A DNA stretch of 52,741 bases from Alphaproteobacteria bacterium (lineage in GTDB: Bacteria; Pseudomonadota; Alphaproteobacteria; Rs-D84). The translations under genes and the position numbers were made by a program. The notes beneath the pieces are model-generated. The model ran no database searches. It saw only the letters and a program-made list of their open reading frames with translations, and was not told where the DNA came from. The DNA lies in the NCBI GenBank assembly GCA_017436325.1, contig JAFSDI010000010.1, forward strand, positions 1 through 52,741, given 5' to 3'. Shown here in pieces: positions 19,321-29,660 of the stretch; the first letter of the stretch is position 1; every line of letters begins with the position of its first letter.

Positions 19321-20373
19321 TTAATTACGTCTTATGGGGTTGGTGGTTTCGCTGTGACAACCATTTTCGCGCTTTAGCCTAAGGCGATTCATCCAGCCTT
19401 TTAGGTATATGTGATAGTTGTTTATTTTTGATATATCAACATAAAATTCCTTTTGATTATCAAGAAAATCGTTGTGTAAATCACCGTTATAATTTTCAGC
19501 GGCTGCGACAACTTCGGCATCAATTGTATTTCGCTCTGCAATACCCAGAAATTTACAAAAACGGCGTATGGCTGTAATGGGGCCTGCACCCCATGACATC
19601 ATAAATACATCACCACGAATATGGTCTGGTAATAAATGAATTCCATATTGTTTATAGTATTTGTTATATGCAATGTTTTCTGCATCTGCACGTGTTATGT
19701 TCTTGACATCAATGTCCGGATTGTTGTTTTGCGATATTCCGTAGCAAGTATATCCACCGCTGTCATTTGGATCATTAACACATCCGCCTTCTGCGCGAAA
19801 TGTTGTAATCATTGCTTTTTCGAACGCAGGGTCTGAAATTCGATAGTTGCCAGTTGTTAGGATTTTGTTTGTAAAAATGTCACTGTGTTGTGGCATTGTG
19901 CAGTGTGCGCCGTGTATGCGTAAATCCAGGGTAACTGGTGTGTCAAATTCACTGTAACCAACAAAGTTTTGTATGGATGTATGTGTTGTTGGGGGTCTGG
20001 TTTGTTGTTGTGGGCGCTTGTCAATTGCGGTTAGTTCTTCGATGGTTTCGTGTGGGCAACGTTCTGAATCAGAATATTTTTTGCAATATTCGTCTAGTGA
20101 CATTGTTGTTAGGTCTGTCTGTCGCTGATGTTCTGCTAAATCTATCATACGATTTATATATGCTTCTTCGCTTTCGACAGTTATTTGAGTAAATGCAGAT
20201 TTGTTCGCGTATGGGGCATAGCCTTGTGATGCGTTTTCTGTGCGTTCTTTAAATGTTGCATCAGATGCAGTTTGTTGGAATTTCATAGGTCTTAGATAGG
20301 AGTTTGTAGCAAAAACACAATCTGCAAATATAAAAAATAGACCAGAAAAAATAAATATGTTTTTATATGTCAT
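19321..20373 (-). CDS. Secreted glycoside hydrolase family 108 lysozyme with peptidoglycan-binding C-terminus
   Basis: EGGCVNDPNDSGGYTCYGIS catalytic motif; YLKGWMNR C-terminal motif; signal peptide. Confidence 0.85.
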   Translation of the reverse strand: MTYKNIFIFSGLFFIFADCVFATNSYLRPMKFQQTASDATFKERTENASQGYAPYANKSAFTQITVESEEAYINRMIDLAEHQRQTDLTTMSLDEYCKKYSDSERCPHETIEELTAIDKRPQQQTRPPTTHTSIQNFVGYSEFDTPVTLDLRIHGAHCTMPQHSDIFTNKILTTGNYRISDPAFEKAMITTFRAEGGCVNDPNDSGGYTCYGISQNNNPDIDVKNITRADAENIAYNKYYKQYGIHLLPDHIRGDVFMMSWGAGPITAIRRFCKFLGIAERNTIDAEVVAAAENYNGDLHNDFLDNQKEFYVDISKINNYHIYLKGWMNRLRLKRENGCHSETTNPIRRN

Positions 20374-22039
20374 TTGTTGTCCATGGTGTGTCGTTCATAA
20401 TAAGGTAAAATATGTCTGCGTTGTCAGTGTCTGGATTTCTTAGGATTGGGCGCACAACAAATATATCTACGTTACATGGTGAGTTTGTATCGTTTTGAAT
20501 TTCTAGTAAGTCTTCGTGCAATTTTGCTGCGAAATCCATTGCCTGCAGGTATGCAGCGTCATCATCGCTGACGTCTGTTGAACTGCCTGCGAATAATATC
20601 CACATTCCATAATTTACAACGTTTTCTTGTCCTGCAAGGTCATCAGCAGATAGTAATAATAGTGGTTTAAATTCAATGCCATTGGTGTATTGGTCGGTGC
20701 TGGTTGAGGTATAGTCATACATTTCGCCTAATAAATTTATTGCACCATATAACATACCACCTGTTGCGCCAACCTTGGCCAGTGCGCCCGCGTTTTTTAG
20801 TGTTGAATCAAATAGCCAATTACGAATTTGTCCTGAAAATGTGCTGCTGCGCCCCAGTTTGCGTGCGTGTTTTATTTTTTTATTGCCTGAAAATGCAGAC
20901 TTGGTTGCGCGTGCAGCACGTGCAATAATATTGCCGCGTTGTGGCGTTTTTAATGCACGCAGACTGCGCCTGTATTGGTTTAAGTCGGAAAATGTTTTTG
21001 TTGCGTCACGATATTTTTTTACATCATCTGTTTTTGAAAGTGTTTTTACCGTATCATTTATAGAATTTAATTCTTTGTTTAAATCAGCAATTTTTGCGGC
21101 ATCTTTGGTTTTATCAAGCGCCTTGATTTGGTCGTTTATACGATCGGCTGCGCGCAATGCATCTTTGTATTTCATAACATCTGTGGTGGCATCAAGTGCT
21201 TTTATGGTGTCTTTTAAATTATCTAGTGCGCGTGATGCACGTATGGCCTTGGTTGTGCCAGAAATGATTGTGCCACCACCAAATGTTGCAACAGTTATTG
21301 CAACGTCAAGCGCGATTTCGGCATATGATATCCATTGCAGGTTTATATCGCCCGCAATATAATAATCATTTGTATCTTTTTTTTCTGTTTGGGCTTGTAA
21401 ATCAATTGCTTTTGTTGTTGCGCGATTTATAGCCGCATTATTACGGGCCAGTGCGCTTTTGTTTGTGCATTTTGCGCCGCGTGGATATAATTTATCGATG
21501 TTATCGTTTATGTATTTTAAAGAAATAGTATAATTCTTGTCCGGTCCAATAAATTCATCAAGTGCACCGTGTTCAACAACCATAATTCCATACCATGCAG
21601 GGTCTGTATTTGTCCAAAGTGCATTTGAATCCGGACCGATTTTTGGACTGGCTTCATCTGATGGCAGTGGTCGCTTGTTTAATAGGCTTAATCGTTGTTT
21701 AAGAACACGCGGTTGGGTTTCATAGTTTATAACAATTTTGCGACCGTTTGAAAAACTGTATTGTATGGGGGTAAATTTTATTGTGTCTGTTTCGGAAATT
21801 GATTGTATTTCAGGGCAGTCTAAAATCTTTTGTAGTGTTTCTGGTGTTGAAAAAGCCGCATGAACCCATTGTTTTACGTCTATTTCTGGGGCATTTTCAT
21901 CAATATCGCTGGCATTTAAGGTTAATGCATCTACAAAAACTTGTGTCGTGCAGTCGTTGTTTTGGTGTATAGCATCATTTGCCATAAGGTTGTATGGAAA
22001 TATATAGATTAAAAATAGTGCAATTTGCCATTTGAACAT
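20363..22039 (-). CDS. Secreted hypothetical protein with hydrophobic hairpin and coiled coil (paralog of 22043-23617)
   Basis: WYGIMVV, NDYY, EIALDVAITVATFGGG, LLSADDL, CNVDIFVV. Confidence 0.75.
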   Translation of the reverse strand: MFKWQIALFLIYIFPYNLMANDAIHQNNDCTTQVFVDALTLNASDIDENAPEIDVKQWVHAAFSTPETLQKILDCPEIQSISETDTIKFTPIQYSFSNGRKIVINYETQPRVLKQRLSLLNKRPLPSDEASPKIGPDSNALWTNTDPAWYGIMVVEHGALDEFIGPDKNYTISLKYINDNIDKLYPRGAKCTNKSALARNNAAINRATTKAIDLQAQTEKKDTNDYYIAGDINLQWISYAEIALDVAITVATFGGGTIISGTTKAIRASRALDNLKDTIKALDATTDVMKYKDALRAADRINDQIKALDKTKDAAKIADLNKELNSINDTVKTLSKTDDVKKYRDATKTFSDLNQYRRSLRALKTPQRGNIIARAARATKSAFSGNKKIKHARKLGRSSTFSGQIRNWLFDSTLKNAGALAKVGATGGMLYGAINLLGEMYDYTSTSTDQYTNGIEFKPLLLLSADDLAGQENVVNYGMWILFAGSSTDVSDDDAAYLQAMDFAAKLHEDLLEIQNDTNSPCNVDIFVVRPILRNPDTDNADIFYLIMNDTPWTTNDI

Positions 22040-22042
22040 TGG

Positions 22043-23617
22043 TTATTTTGGTGTAGAAACTCTGATGGAACCGGCTGGGTTTTGTATTACATAGAAAACT
22101 TCACGTGTTCTCATTTTTTCTGGATTACTTACCCCTGGTTGTACAACATAAATATCAAGGTCATCACAAAGAGGGTCTTTTAGGTTTGCTTTGGTTAGGT
22201 CTTCTTGGAATGCTTCGGCAAAAGCAAGCGCTTCATTCAATGCATCGTCTTCATTGGATGTGCCGATTTCATCAAATTTTAACCATGCGCCATGTGAAAC
22301 CTCGTTTTCACGATTTTCTAGATTATCGGCAGATAATAGTCCGAAACTGTTGAATTTAAGATTGTCGTCGATCTTTACTGCGGCGGTACTATAACCCCAA
22401 GCCTTGCGTAATTCGTTCCATAATGACACACCTGCGACAGTGGTTACAGGAATCGCATTTTTAAAACGTCTGCCCCATGATACCCCAGGACCATAAAGTT
22501 TAGCTAAATTTTTTGGTTTTAATGTTGTTATACCGTCTTTGACCAAGCGCCATGGATTTTTTAATCCGGTGACCATTGCCGTTGTCCATGGAATAGTTTT
22601 TGCGGCACCTTGGATGGTGTCTTTGACGTTATCCAGTGAGTTCCCTATTTTTATTAATTCTGATGCACGCGCACCTTTACGTACTGTTATTCCTGCATCA
22701 GCAAGGGCTGCAACAGCTTCTGTACGTGATGTTACAGCGGCTGTGTCTTTGCCCGCTTTTGCTGCTTTGGCTAAACGGATTGCTTTATTTATTTTCGCAC
22801 TGTCTTGTGTTAGTTTTACTGTTCTTATTGCTGCATTGGCGGCTTGTAATGTTGCGCCTGCGGCCTGTGCGGATGCGGCTGCAGCTTGTGCAGTGGTTAC
22901 ACTTGCTTGGGCGGCGGCGCTGGCGCCAAGTGTCGCAAGCGCAAGTGCAACTTCGCCTGCAATGGTTGCCCAACCCCAATAAACGTCTTCGCCGTCATAT
23001 ACATAGTAATCGTTGCCTTTCCAGAAACTGTTGTCTTCGTTCATAGTCATATGGGCGGCACGATTAACTACGTCCTTGTCGTGTGCCATATGGTTGCCGT
23101 GTGTGCATGCACGACGTAATCCCAGGGTGCGGTTAGAATTGCTGGGGAAAAATTCATCTTTGTGGGATTTCATATATTCCGTAGATATAATCGGTGTGTC
23201 TGAATTTGCATATTTATCTAAACTACCTTTTTTTACAACCAGTATCCCATACCACGGAAATAGCGATTCAAGTTCTTCTGGCTTGTCTATGGGGTCAAGT
23301 AAATCTGTAAGTGAGTTTGAAAATAATAATTCAATATCAAATGTATGACCAGAATATGGAATTGAAAATTTGGTTTTGTTTTGTGCAATTAAATCTGTTC
23401 CTTTGCAATCAGCATCGTTTTCAACAATGTCTAAAAATTTTGGTTCTAAAATACTTGTGACATCAGATGCTAATGTTTTTGAAGATATATCAATATTAGA
23501 TTGTTGTAATAAACTGCTTAATGAGTTCTTTATTTTTTTTGTACAATCTGTTTCAGTTGCCGCATAAGCAGAACAACAGGTGAGATATATTAAAAATGCA
23601 AATATTTTTCTTAACAT
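22043..23617 (-). CDS. Secreted hypothetical protein with hydrophobic hairpin and Ala-rich helix (paralog of 20363-22039)
   Basis: WYGILVV, NDYY, EVALALATLGA, LLSADNL, CDDLDIYVV. Confidence 0.75.
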   Translation of the reverse strand: MLRKIFAFLIYLTCCSAYAATETDCTKKIKNSLSSLLQQSNIDISSKTLASDVTSILEPKFLDIVENDADCKGTDLIAQNKTKFSIPYSGHTFDIELLFSNSLTDLLDPIDKPEELESLFPWYGILVVKKGSLDKYANSDTPIISTEYMKSHKDEFFPSNSNRTLGLRRACTHGNHMAHDKDVVNRAAHMTMNEDNSFWKGNDYYVYDGEDVYWGWATIAGEVALALATLGASAAAQASVTTAQAAAASAQAAGATLQAANAAIRTVKLTQDSAKINKAIRLAKAAKAGKDTAAVTSRTEAVAALADAGITVRKGARASELIKIGNSLDNVKDTIQGAAKTIPWTTAMVTGLKNPWRLVKDGITTLKPKNLAKLYGPGVSWGRRFKNAIPVTTVAGVSLWNELRKAWGYSTAAVKIDDNLKFNSFGLLSADNLENRENEVSHGAWLKFDEIGTSNEDDALNEALAFAEAFQEDLTKANLKDPLCDDLDIYVVQPGVSNPEKMRTREVFYVIQNPAGSIRVSTPK

Positions 23618-24441
23618 TATTCTTTTACCAGGTATCTTAAGACAATTTTTGTGTTGTTTTTTTGCGATGATGTGGTGCTGTCTTTCTCTGTTTCCTTAGG
23701 GGCTGCAATAGTTATTTGTGTAAATGCGGATTTGTTGTTATATGGTTCGTAGCCAGCGGCGGCATTTTCAATACGCTGTTCATATGATAAGTCTGATGCA
23801 GACGTTGGAAAGGCCGCGCGTTCCAAACCAGTGTTCCCTGCCCCATTGGCGGATTGCAGTTCTTGTAGTTCTAGTTTGCGTTCCATTATATCGGATTGCC
23901 AATCTGGGACAGATGGATTGTATGGGTTTTTTAGTGCTGGCATTGGTGCGCTTGCTGTTGGGTTTGGTGTTGTTGCAGTTGGAAATGTGGCTTGTGTTGT
24001 CGGGGCGGCATTTGCGCGTGTTTTTATATATGTGTCAAATGCAGTATCTATATAACCACCGCATGCAGTTGCATAATTGCCGTTCGGAATTCGGGATAAT
24101 TGCAACATTATTGCTGGTCTGATTTCTGATAACTGTGTAGATATGCAGTTGTTGCGCATTGCACATTGTGTGGCGATTAATGTTGCGACAATTGACTGAC
24201 ATTCCGATGTTTCAATTGCTGTGCCGGTTGCGTAAATGGCAGTTGGCATACGTTGATTATATGAATTTGTGCCCATTTGCCAAAACGGGTTTGATGAATA
24301 TGTTTGCACATTTTGTATGACACCGTCTTTGGACATTAATGCGGATGCCTGATAAGGGAATATTATAAATACAAATATGCCCATAAATATATGGGGGATG
24401 AAAAGTTTTAGCGCTGTTGAAAACTGTCTGATTTTATTCAA
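23617..24441 (-). CDS. Secreted hypothetical protein
   Basis: N-terminal hydrophobic segment, 4 Cys, C-terminal motif shared with the GH108 protein. Confidence 0.7.
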   Translation of the reverse strand: MNKIRQFSTALKLFIPHIFMGIFVFIIFPYQASALMSKDGVIQNVQTYSSNPFWQMGTNSYNQRMPTAIYATGTAIETSECQSIVATLIATQCAMRNNCISTQLSEIRPAIMLQLSRIPNGNYATACGGYIDTAFDTYIKTRANAAPTTQATFPTATTPNPTASAPMPALKNPYNPSVPDWQSDIMERKLELQELQSANGAGNTGLERAAFPTSASDLSYEQRIENAAAGYEPYNNKSAFTQITIAAPKETEKDSTTSSQKNNTKIVLRYLVKE

Positions 24442-24486
24442 TTTTAGGTTCTTTGATTGTTTGTTCCCGTCCTGTGTTTTGTTTAA

Positions 24487-24957
24487 TTATAGCAAAAATA
24501 ATGTTGTAATAAAAGATAAAAATCCACCAAGTAAAAAGAATGGGCCAAATGGTATGTATTTTGTACGATGTATATATGCCCAAATTGCACCTGTTATACA
24601 CGCGATGATTAATGCAAGTGAAAGTCCGTATACCCCCAGCCATAGCCCGCCAACACCAATTAGTTTTATATCGCCCATACCAATTGGTGGATATTTTAAT
24701 TCGCTTTTTTTGTTTAGTGCTTTTTCAAATAAAAAACCAATTGTTGCAGTTGTTGTGTATCCAAAAATTCCGCCTAGTACGGCATTGGTTATTTCAATTG
24801 GATATGGAAAAAATACAACAAAGCATAGTCCAATTAACATCAATGGAAATAAATATTTGTCTGGAATGATTCGGTGTCGAAAGTCTGTGATAGAGATTTG
24901 TATAGCACAATATGTGGCTAAAAGTGTTAAAATAATGAAAAATATGTAAAAAATCAC
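24487..24957 (-). CDS. Prepilin peptidase (A24 family)
   Basis: TDFRHRIIPD, IGMGDIKL, IPFGPFF. Confidence 0.88.
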   Translation of the reverse strand: MIFYIFFIILTLLATYCAIQISITDFRHRIIPDKYLFPLMLIGLCFVVFFPYPIEITNAVLGGIFGYTTTATIGFLFEKALNKKSELKYPPIGMGDIKLIGVGGLWLGVYGLSLALIIACITGAIWAYIHRTKYIPFGPFFLLGGFLSFITTLFLL

Positions 24958-25030
24958 GTTTTTCTCCCTTGCGTTTCGAATCGGATATGTGGTACAGTTG
25001 TATTATAGTATATGGTAAAGGTTTTGTAAA

Positions 25031-25633
25031 ATGAGTAAAGGCTGGGATAGTACCGCGTTAAAAAAATTAAAGTCTTTGATTGGCAAGGGGTTGTCTACGT
25101 CTGAAATCGGTCGTCGATTAGGAATGTCAAAGAATGCTGTTGTTGGTAAACTGAACCGTTTGGGATGGAACGCAAAGGCGGGTGGTGTTCCTGTGGCAGA
25201 GGTAGAAACCAAAGTAACAAAAAAAACAAAGACTGAAAAAAATGCAGAAACTGGGAATAAAGCGACTGCTGTAAAGAAAACAGATAAAAAAGCCGCTGTT
25301 AAAACAGATGAAAAGCAGACAGGGAAGAGATTGTCTGTAAAGGTTGAAAAAAAATCAAAGGTTGTAAATGCGCTTGATAAGATTGCTGATAAAAAAGTAA
25401 CTGCGGAACCAAGGGTTTCTGAAAAAAGTTTGGCGGCACATCAGCGTATAATTCAACATTCTTTGGAAATGGCGAATTTAAAACCGAATCAGTGTCGTTG
25501 GCCAATTGGTGATCCTGATTCTGAAAATTTTCATTTTTGTGGGGAAACTGTTTTTGTGGGTAAGCCTTATTGTTATGAACATTGTAAGCAGGCATATCAG
25601 TTCGCACCACCAAAGAAACTGACTGCAAAATAG
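25031..25633 (+). CDS. gcrA: GcrA cell-cycle regulator
   Basis: W...GLSTSEIGRRLGMSKNAVVGKLNRLG and CRWPIGDP..FHFCG..PYC..H. Confidence 0.92.
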   Translation: MSKGWDSTALKKLKSLIGKGLSTSEIGRRLGMSKNAVVGKLNRLGWNAKAGGVPVAEVETKVTKKTKTEKNAETGNKATAVKKTDKKAAVKTDEKQTGKRLSVKVEKKSKVVNALDKIADKKVTAEPRVSEKSLAAHQRIIQHSLEMANLKPNQCRWPIGDPDSENFHFCGETVFVGKPYCYEHCKQAYQFAPPKKLTAK

Positions 25634-25644
25634 GAATTTGATTT

Positions 25645-28131
25645 ATGGTGTCTGAGAGAGAGAGTCTTTATAAAAAATTAACCGCTGTTGATGTTGATGT
25701 CGCAGGAAGTCTTTTGCGTGCTTATTATGATGCTGATGGCAAGTTGGTTTTCGTTTTGGATTTCTTTAAGAATGATATAAAACCTAATGTTTTGTTGGTG
25801 TTGAATGCTGTGGGTGGACGTAAATGGGATGATATCTTGGCAAATGATTATGGTGTCGATTTGGAAACTGTGCGCCCAAAGGAAGATAATAAATATCAAA
25901 AGCTGGATGTGGAATATTCTGGACTTGCAGAATATGATGGTGTGTTGCAGGCGTATAATTCTGGGGCTGGTTTTGATGATGCGTTGCTGAAATTAAATGT
26001 GTTTAGACGTTCTGCGGCAATGCGTGCAGCAATGGAAAGACGTGATGATGCAGAACTTACTGTAATCAAGGCGCGTGATACAATAGATAAAACACAGGAA
26101 AAATTACAAGATTTACAGGGAAAATTAATAAAATTACGTTCAAAACTGGGTGGGTATCGTGCTAATGTTGGCAAGGAGCCTACAAAGCAATCAGCAGCAA
26201 AAATCTTGCGGGTAGAAGCGCAAATCGATTCAACAAATGAAAAAATAAATCGTGCAAAAAATCGTTTAAATAAAGCACAAAAAAGATTGGCGCTGGCACA
26301 AGATGAAATTGATGCTGCAAATAATATTTTGGAATTGTTAAATTCTGGTGATTTGCCTGCAAAACCTGTTGTGACAGATATGGCACTTGTGTCAAATGCG
26401 CAATTGCCTGCAGAAATTGACAACGATTTTATTGATGAAGAAATATCGGAAGATATAGAAGATTTTGAACCAAAGGCGGAAATTATGGCTGATGATGATG
26501 TAAAACCACTGTTGGATAAAGACCCAAATGTCTTAGATGAACATATTGCTTTTAAGCCTGTTGATTTTTCAGGCGGTCAGTCTGTTGATAATATGCCTGT
26601 TGTACAACCTAATTTTATGCCAGCATCGTTTGAAGAAAGTACTGATTATGAAGAGTCTGAACCAATGGCGTCAGATGTGTTGGATGTGTCAAAGCCTTTG
26701 TATATTAATGATTCTGATGTTGATGTAAATGCTGATGATGAATTTACTTTGCCTGCGCCAACAGAAAATGTTGCAGAAAAAATGCCTGAAACAGAGGAGA
26801 AAATAGATTCTGAATTATTGGGGGCGTTTAAACCTGTTGAAATCCCGCAGATTGTCGATGAAATGGATTCGCCTGTTGTGCCGTATGGTGAACCAGCAGA
26901 AAAAGTAACTGAAATTTATGAAGAGCCTTTACAGGCACCGGTTTATGAACCAATAATGCCACAACCTGTTGTAACAGAAGATGTTCAGAATACTGATTTT
27001 GATGTTGATAATAATGTGGATTTTGAAAAACCAGAAGTGGCAATGGCGCCGATTAGTTCTGATTATCGGCCTGTTTCACCAATGGCTTCAAATACAGATA
27101 ATGATTCTGCTGCACCGATTGATGTTGTTAGTGCTAATTCTGTGGGGACACGAAAACCAACATTTGTTTACTATATAATGTTAATTTTGTTGATTGTATT
27201 GTCAATATTTACATTATGGTTCTATCAAAAATCAGCGGGTGATTCAACGCCTGTTTTGGGTGCACAAACAGATGTTGTTGAAACTGATATAGATGATGTT
27301 ATTGTGCCAGAAGAAAATAATCCTGCGGTTTTTGTTGCACCAAAAGATGTTGAACCACAGGTTGTTGGACTGGCTGCTGAATCAGCACAGATTGTAGAAG
27401 TGTCGCCAACAGAAAATTTAGGGGCTGATGCTGGGGCTGCAGATGTTGTGTTTGATGAAACTGTTTTGCCAGAAGATGTGCCTGTTATGCAGCCAGAACC
27501 GGTTGTCTTTACCCCAGAGGTTGAGCCGGTGGTTGTCGAAATAACACAGAAGGTAGAAGAACCTGTTGTAACTGAACCAGAATCCCCTTTCTTGTCAGAT
27601 GAAGAAGTGAAATTGATAAAAACAGAAGAAGAAATTTTAAAGGAAAAGCCGGCTTATGGTGTGGCATCAGAAAGCGAAGTTTTAACAATTGTTGATGAAC
27701 CAGACGTTGTGATGCCGACTGTTGTGGCACAGGATACGGTTGTTGTTGATGAGATTCTGGAAGAAACAGCAAATTCTGTAGATGGAACATATGTTGCGCC
27801 AGTTGTCGAACAGCAAGAAGTTGTGTATCAAGCACCTGTTTCCAAGTATGATATGTCTGTAAATCAGCAAATTACATCTGAAGAATATGTTGATGATTCT
27901 GTGGATTATGATGTTTTACCACAGGTATTGAATACAGGTTCTGGCTTTAATGATGCACCGTTACAGCAAACTGCGTCTGAAATGATTATGGAAACAGAGG
28001 TAGTGGAAACTTGTGCAGATGGATTGCCCCCAGATGTTAATGGTTGTTGTGATGGTGAAGAATCAGTGTTTGTTGATGGTGAATATATGTGTTGTGTTAT
28101 TGGTGGTGATGAATGTTTCCCACCGATGTAA
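25645..28131 (+). CDS. Large bitopic membrane protein: coiled coil, acidic low-complexity regions, Cys-rich C-terminus
   Basis: Heptad region ~aa125-235, single TM FVYYIMLILLIVLSIFTLWFY, CADG..NGCC..CC..CFPPM. Confidence 0.75.
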   Translation: MVSERESLYKKLTAVDVDVAGSLLRAYYDADGKLVFVLDFFKNDIKPNVLLVLNAVGGRKWDDILANDYGVDLETVRPKEDNKYQKLDVEYSGLAEYDGVLQAYNSGAGFDDALLKLNVFRRSAAMRAAMERRDDAELTVIKARDTIDKTQEKLQDLQGKLIKLRSKLGGYRANVGKEPTKQSAAKILRVEAQIDSTNEKINRAKNRLNKAQKRLALAQDEIDAANNILELLNSGDLPAKPVVTDMALVSNAQLPAEIDNDFIDEEISEDIEDFEPKAEIMADDDVKPLLDKDPNVLDEHIAFKPVDFSGGQSVDNMPVVQPNFMPASFEESTDYEESEPMASDVLDVSKPLYINDSDVDVNADDEFTLPAPTENVAEKMPETEEKIDSELLGAFKPVEIPQIVDEMDSPVVPYGEPAEKVTEIYEEPLQAPVYEPIMPQPVVTEDVQNTDFDVDNNVDFEKPEVAMAPISSDYRPVSPMASNTDNDSAAPIDVVSANSVGTRKPTFVYYIMLILLIVLSIFTLWFYQKSAGDSTPVLGAQTDVVETDIDDVIVPEENNPAVFVAPKDVEPQVVGLAAESAQIVEVSPTENLGADAGAADVVFDETVLPEDVPVMQPEPVVFTPEVEPVVVEITQKVEEPVVTEPESPFLSDEEVKLIKTEEEILKEKPAYGVASESEVLTIVDEPDVVMPTVVAQDTVVVDEILEETANSVDGTYVAPVVEQQEVVYQAPVSKYDMSVNQQITSEEYVDDSVDYDVLPQVLNTGSGFNDAPLQQTASEMIMETEVVETCADGLPPDVNGCCDGEESVFVDGEYMCCVIGGDECFPPM

Positions 28132-28238
28132 AAATCGAAAAATAAAATGCCCCAAATTATCTTTGGGGTTTTTGTTTATTTAATTTTTTATAAGAAAAAA
28201 AGATGCACATTTTGTGCATCTCTTGTTATTTGTGGTTG

Positions 28239-29546
28239 TTATTTAACATTTGCTTGCTGGAACAATTCTTCTGCCTTTACCTTTTTTTCTTTGGTTTTGA
28301 CATGTGTTAACATTGCATCCAGTGCTTTGCGTTCGAATAACATTCCGCGCAGCATTGCCAAAGCATTTTGATTTTTGTTATAGAATTCAAATACTTGTTT
28401 TGGGTCTGGATAGCGTGATGCTTCGGCCCAGATTGCTTGTTGTAAATCTTCGCGGGTAACTTCGACTTTGTTTTGTGTGCCCCACTCTGCTAAGATTAAA
28501 CCAAGTTTAACGCGACGTTCTGCGTCTTTGCGTTCTTGTTTTTCGTCCCATTTATGGTCACATTTTTCATCGTGACAATGTGTATGTGAACGTTCAAATT
28601 CTGATTTTGCCATTTCGTATTCTTGATTTACCAATGATTCTGGCAAGTCTAATTTAACTTTGTCCGCTAAGATATCAAGCAGTTCGTTGCGCATATCGCG
28701 TTGTGCAGCATCGTTGTATTGTTCGTTCAGGATGTTACGAATGTGATTTCGCAGTGCATCAACTGTTTCCTGACCAACTGCCTTTGCAAGGTCATCATTT
28801 AGTTCTGGCAAAATATGTTTGCGAATTTCATGAATTTCGACTTCGAATCTTGCGTCTTTGTCAGCCAAATTTTCTGCATGGTAGTCTGCAGGGAATTTTA
28901 CATTTACATCAAATTTATCGCCAATTTTATGACCAATAATTTGATCTTCGAATCCTGGGATAAACGCACCAGACCCCAGTATTAAATGGTGTTTTTTTGC
29001 TGCGCCACCTTCGAATGCTGTGTCGTCAACATAGCCTGTAAAGTCGATGACAGCGACATCACCATTTGCAGCGACATAATTTTCGTCTTGTTTTTCTGCG
29101 GTGCTGCGACTTTTACGAATGTTTTCTAGGGCTGTTTCGACTTCTTTTTCGTCAAGGTCTGTTATTTTCTTTGTTACTGTGAATTTTTCAAGATCAATTG
29201 CAGATAGTGTTGGTAATATGTCAAAATCCAAGGTGTATTCAACGTCTTTACCAATTTCCCAGCCAGATAAATCTGCTTTTGGTGCGCCGGCTAAGCGTAA
29301 TTTTTTTTCTGCGACATATTCATTTAAATCTTTATTCATTAGATTGTCGATTGCTTCACCGTATGCAGATGCGTTGAATTTTTGGCGCAGAATTGATAGT
29401 GGAACTTTTCCAGTGCGGAATCCAGCCATTTTTACTGTTTTGCCATGTTCAAGTAAAATTTCATCAGCTGCTTTTTGCAGGTCGGCGGCGCTGATTGTTC
29501 CATTAATAGAATAATGTAAATCTTTTATTTTTTCTTTTGTAAACAT
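28239..29546 (-). CDS. tig: Trigger factor
   Basis: GFRTGKVP, FKBP domain IDFTG..FEGG..FIPGFEDQIIG. Confidence 0.96.
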   Translation of the reverse strand: MFTKEKIKDLHYSINGTISAADLQKAADEILLEHGKTVKMAGFRTGKVPLSILRQKFNASAYGEAIDNLMNKDLNEYVAEKKLRLAGAPKADLSGWEIGKDVEYTLDFDILPTLSAIDLEKFTVTKKITDLDEKEVETALENIRKSRSTAEKQDENYVAANGDVAVIDFTGYVDDTAFEGGAAKKHHLILGSGAFIPGFEDQIIGHKIGDKFDVNVKFPADYHAENLADKDARFEVEIHEIRKHILPELNDDLAKAVGQETVDALRNHIRNILNEQYNDAAQRDMRNELLDILADKVKLDLPESLVNQEYEMAKSEFERSHTHCHDEKCDHKWDEKQERKDAERRVKLGLILAEWGTQNKVEVTREDLQQAIWAEASRYPDPKQVFEFYNKNQNALAMLRGMLFERKALDAMLTHVKTKEKKVKAEELFQQANVK

Positions 29547-29613
29547 ATGTTTCCCCTAACTTAATTTTGGAATTGCCTGATGATTATACACTCTTTTTTT
29601 ATTAAAGCAATAA

Positions 29614-29643
29614 TAAAAAATCCCACAAAGGTGGGATTTTTTT
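29614..29643. terminator. Terminator after rplM-rpsI
   Basis: AAAAAATCCCAC-AAAG-GTGGGATTTTTT. Confidence 0.75.
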
Positions 29644-29660
29644 GCATTCGTTTGAAATAA

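Noticed and set aside
19321-20373. Prophage endolysin
   Set aside because: It has a signal peptide, sits in an operon with host-like composition, and has no holin, capsid or tail genes nearby.
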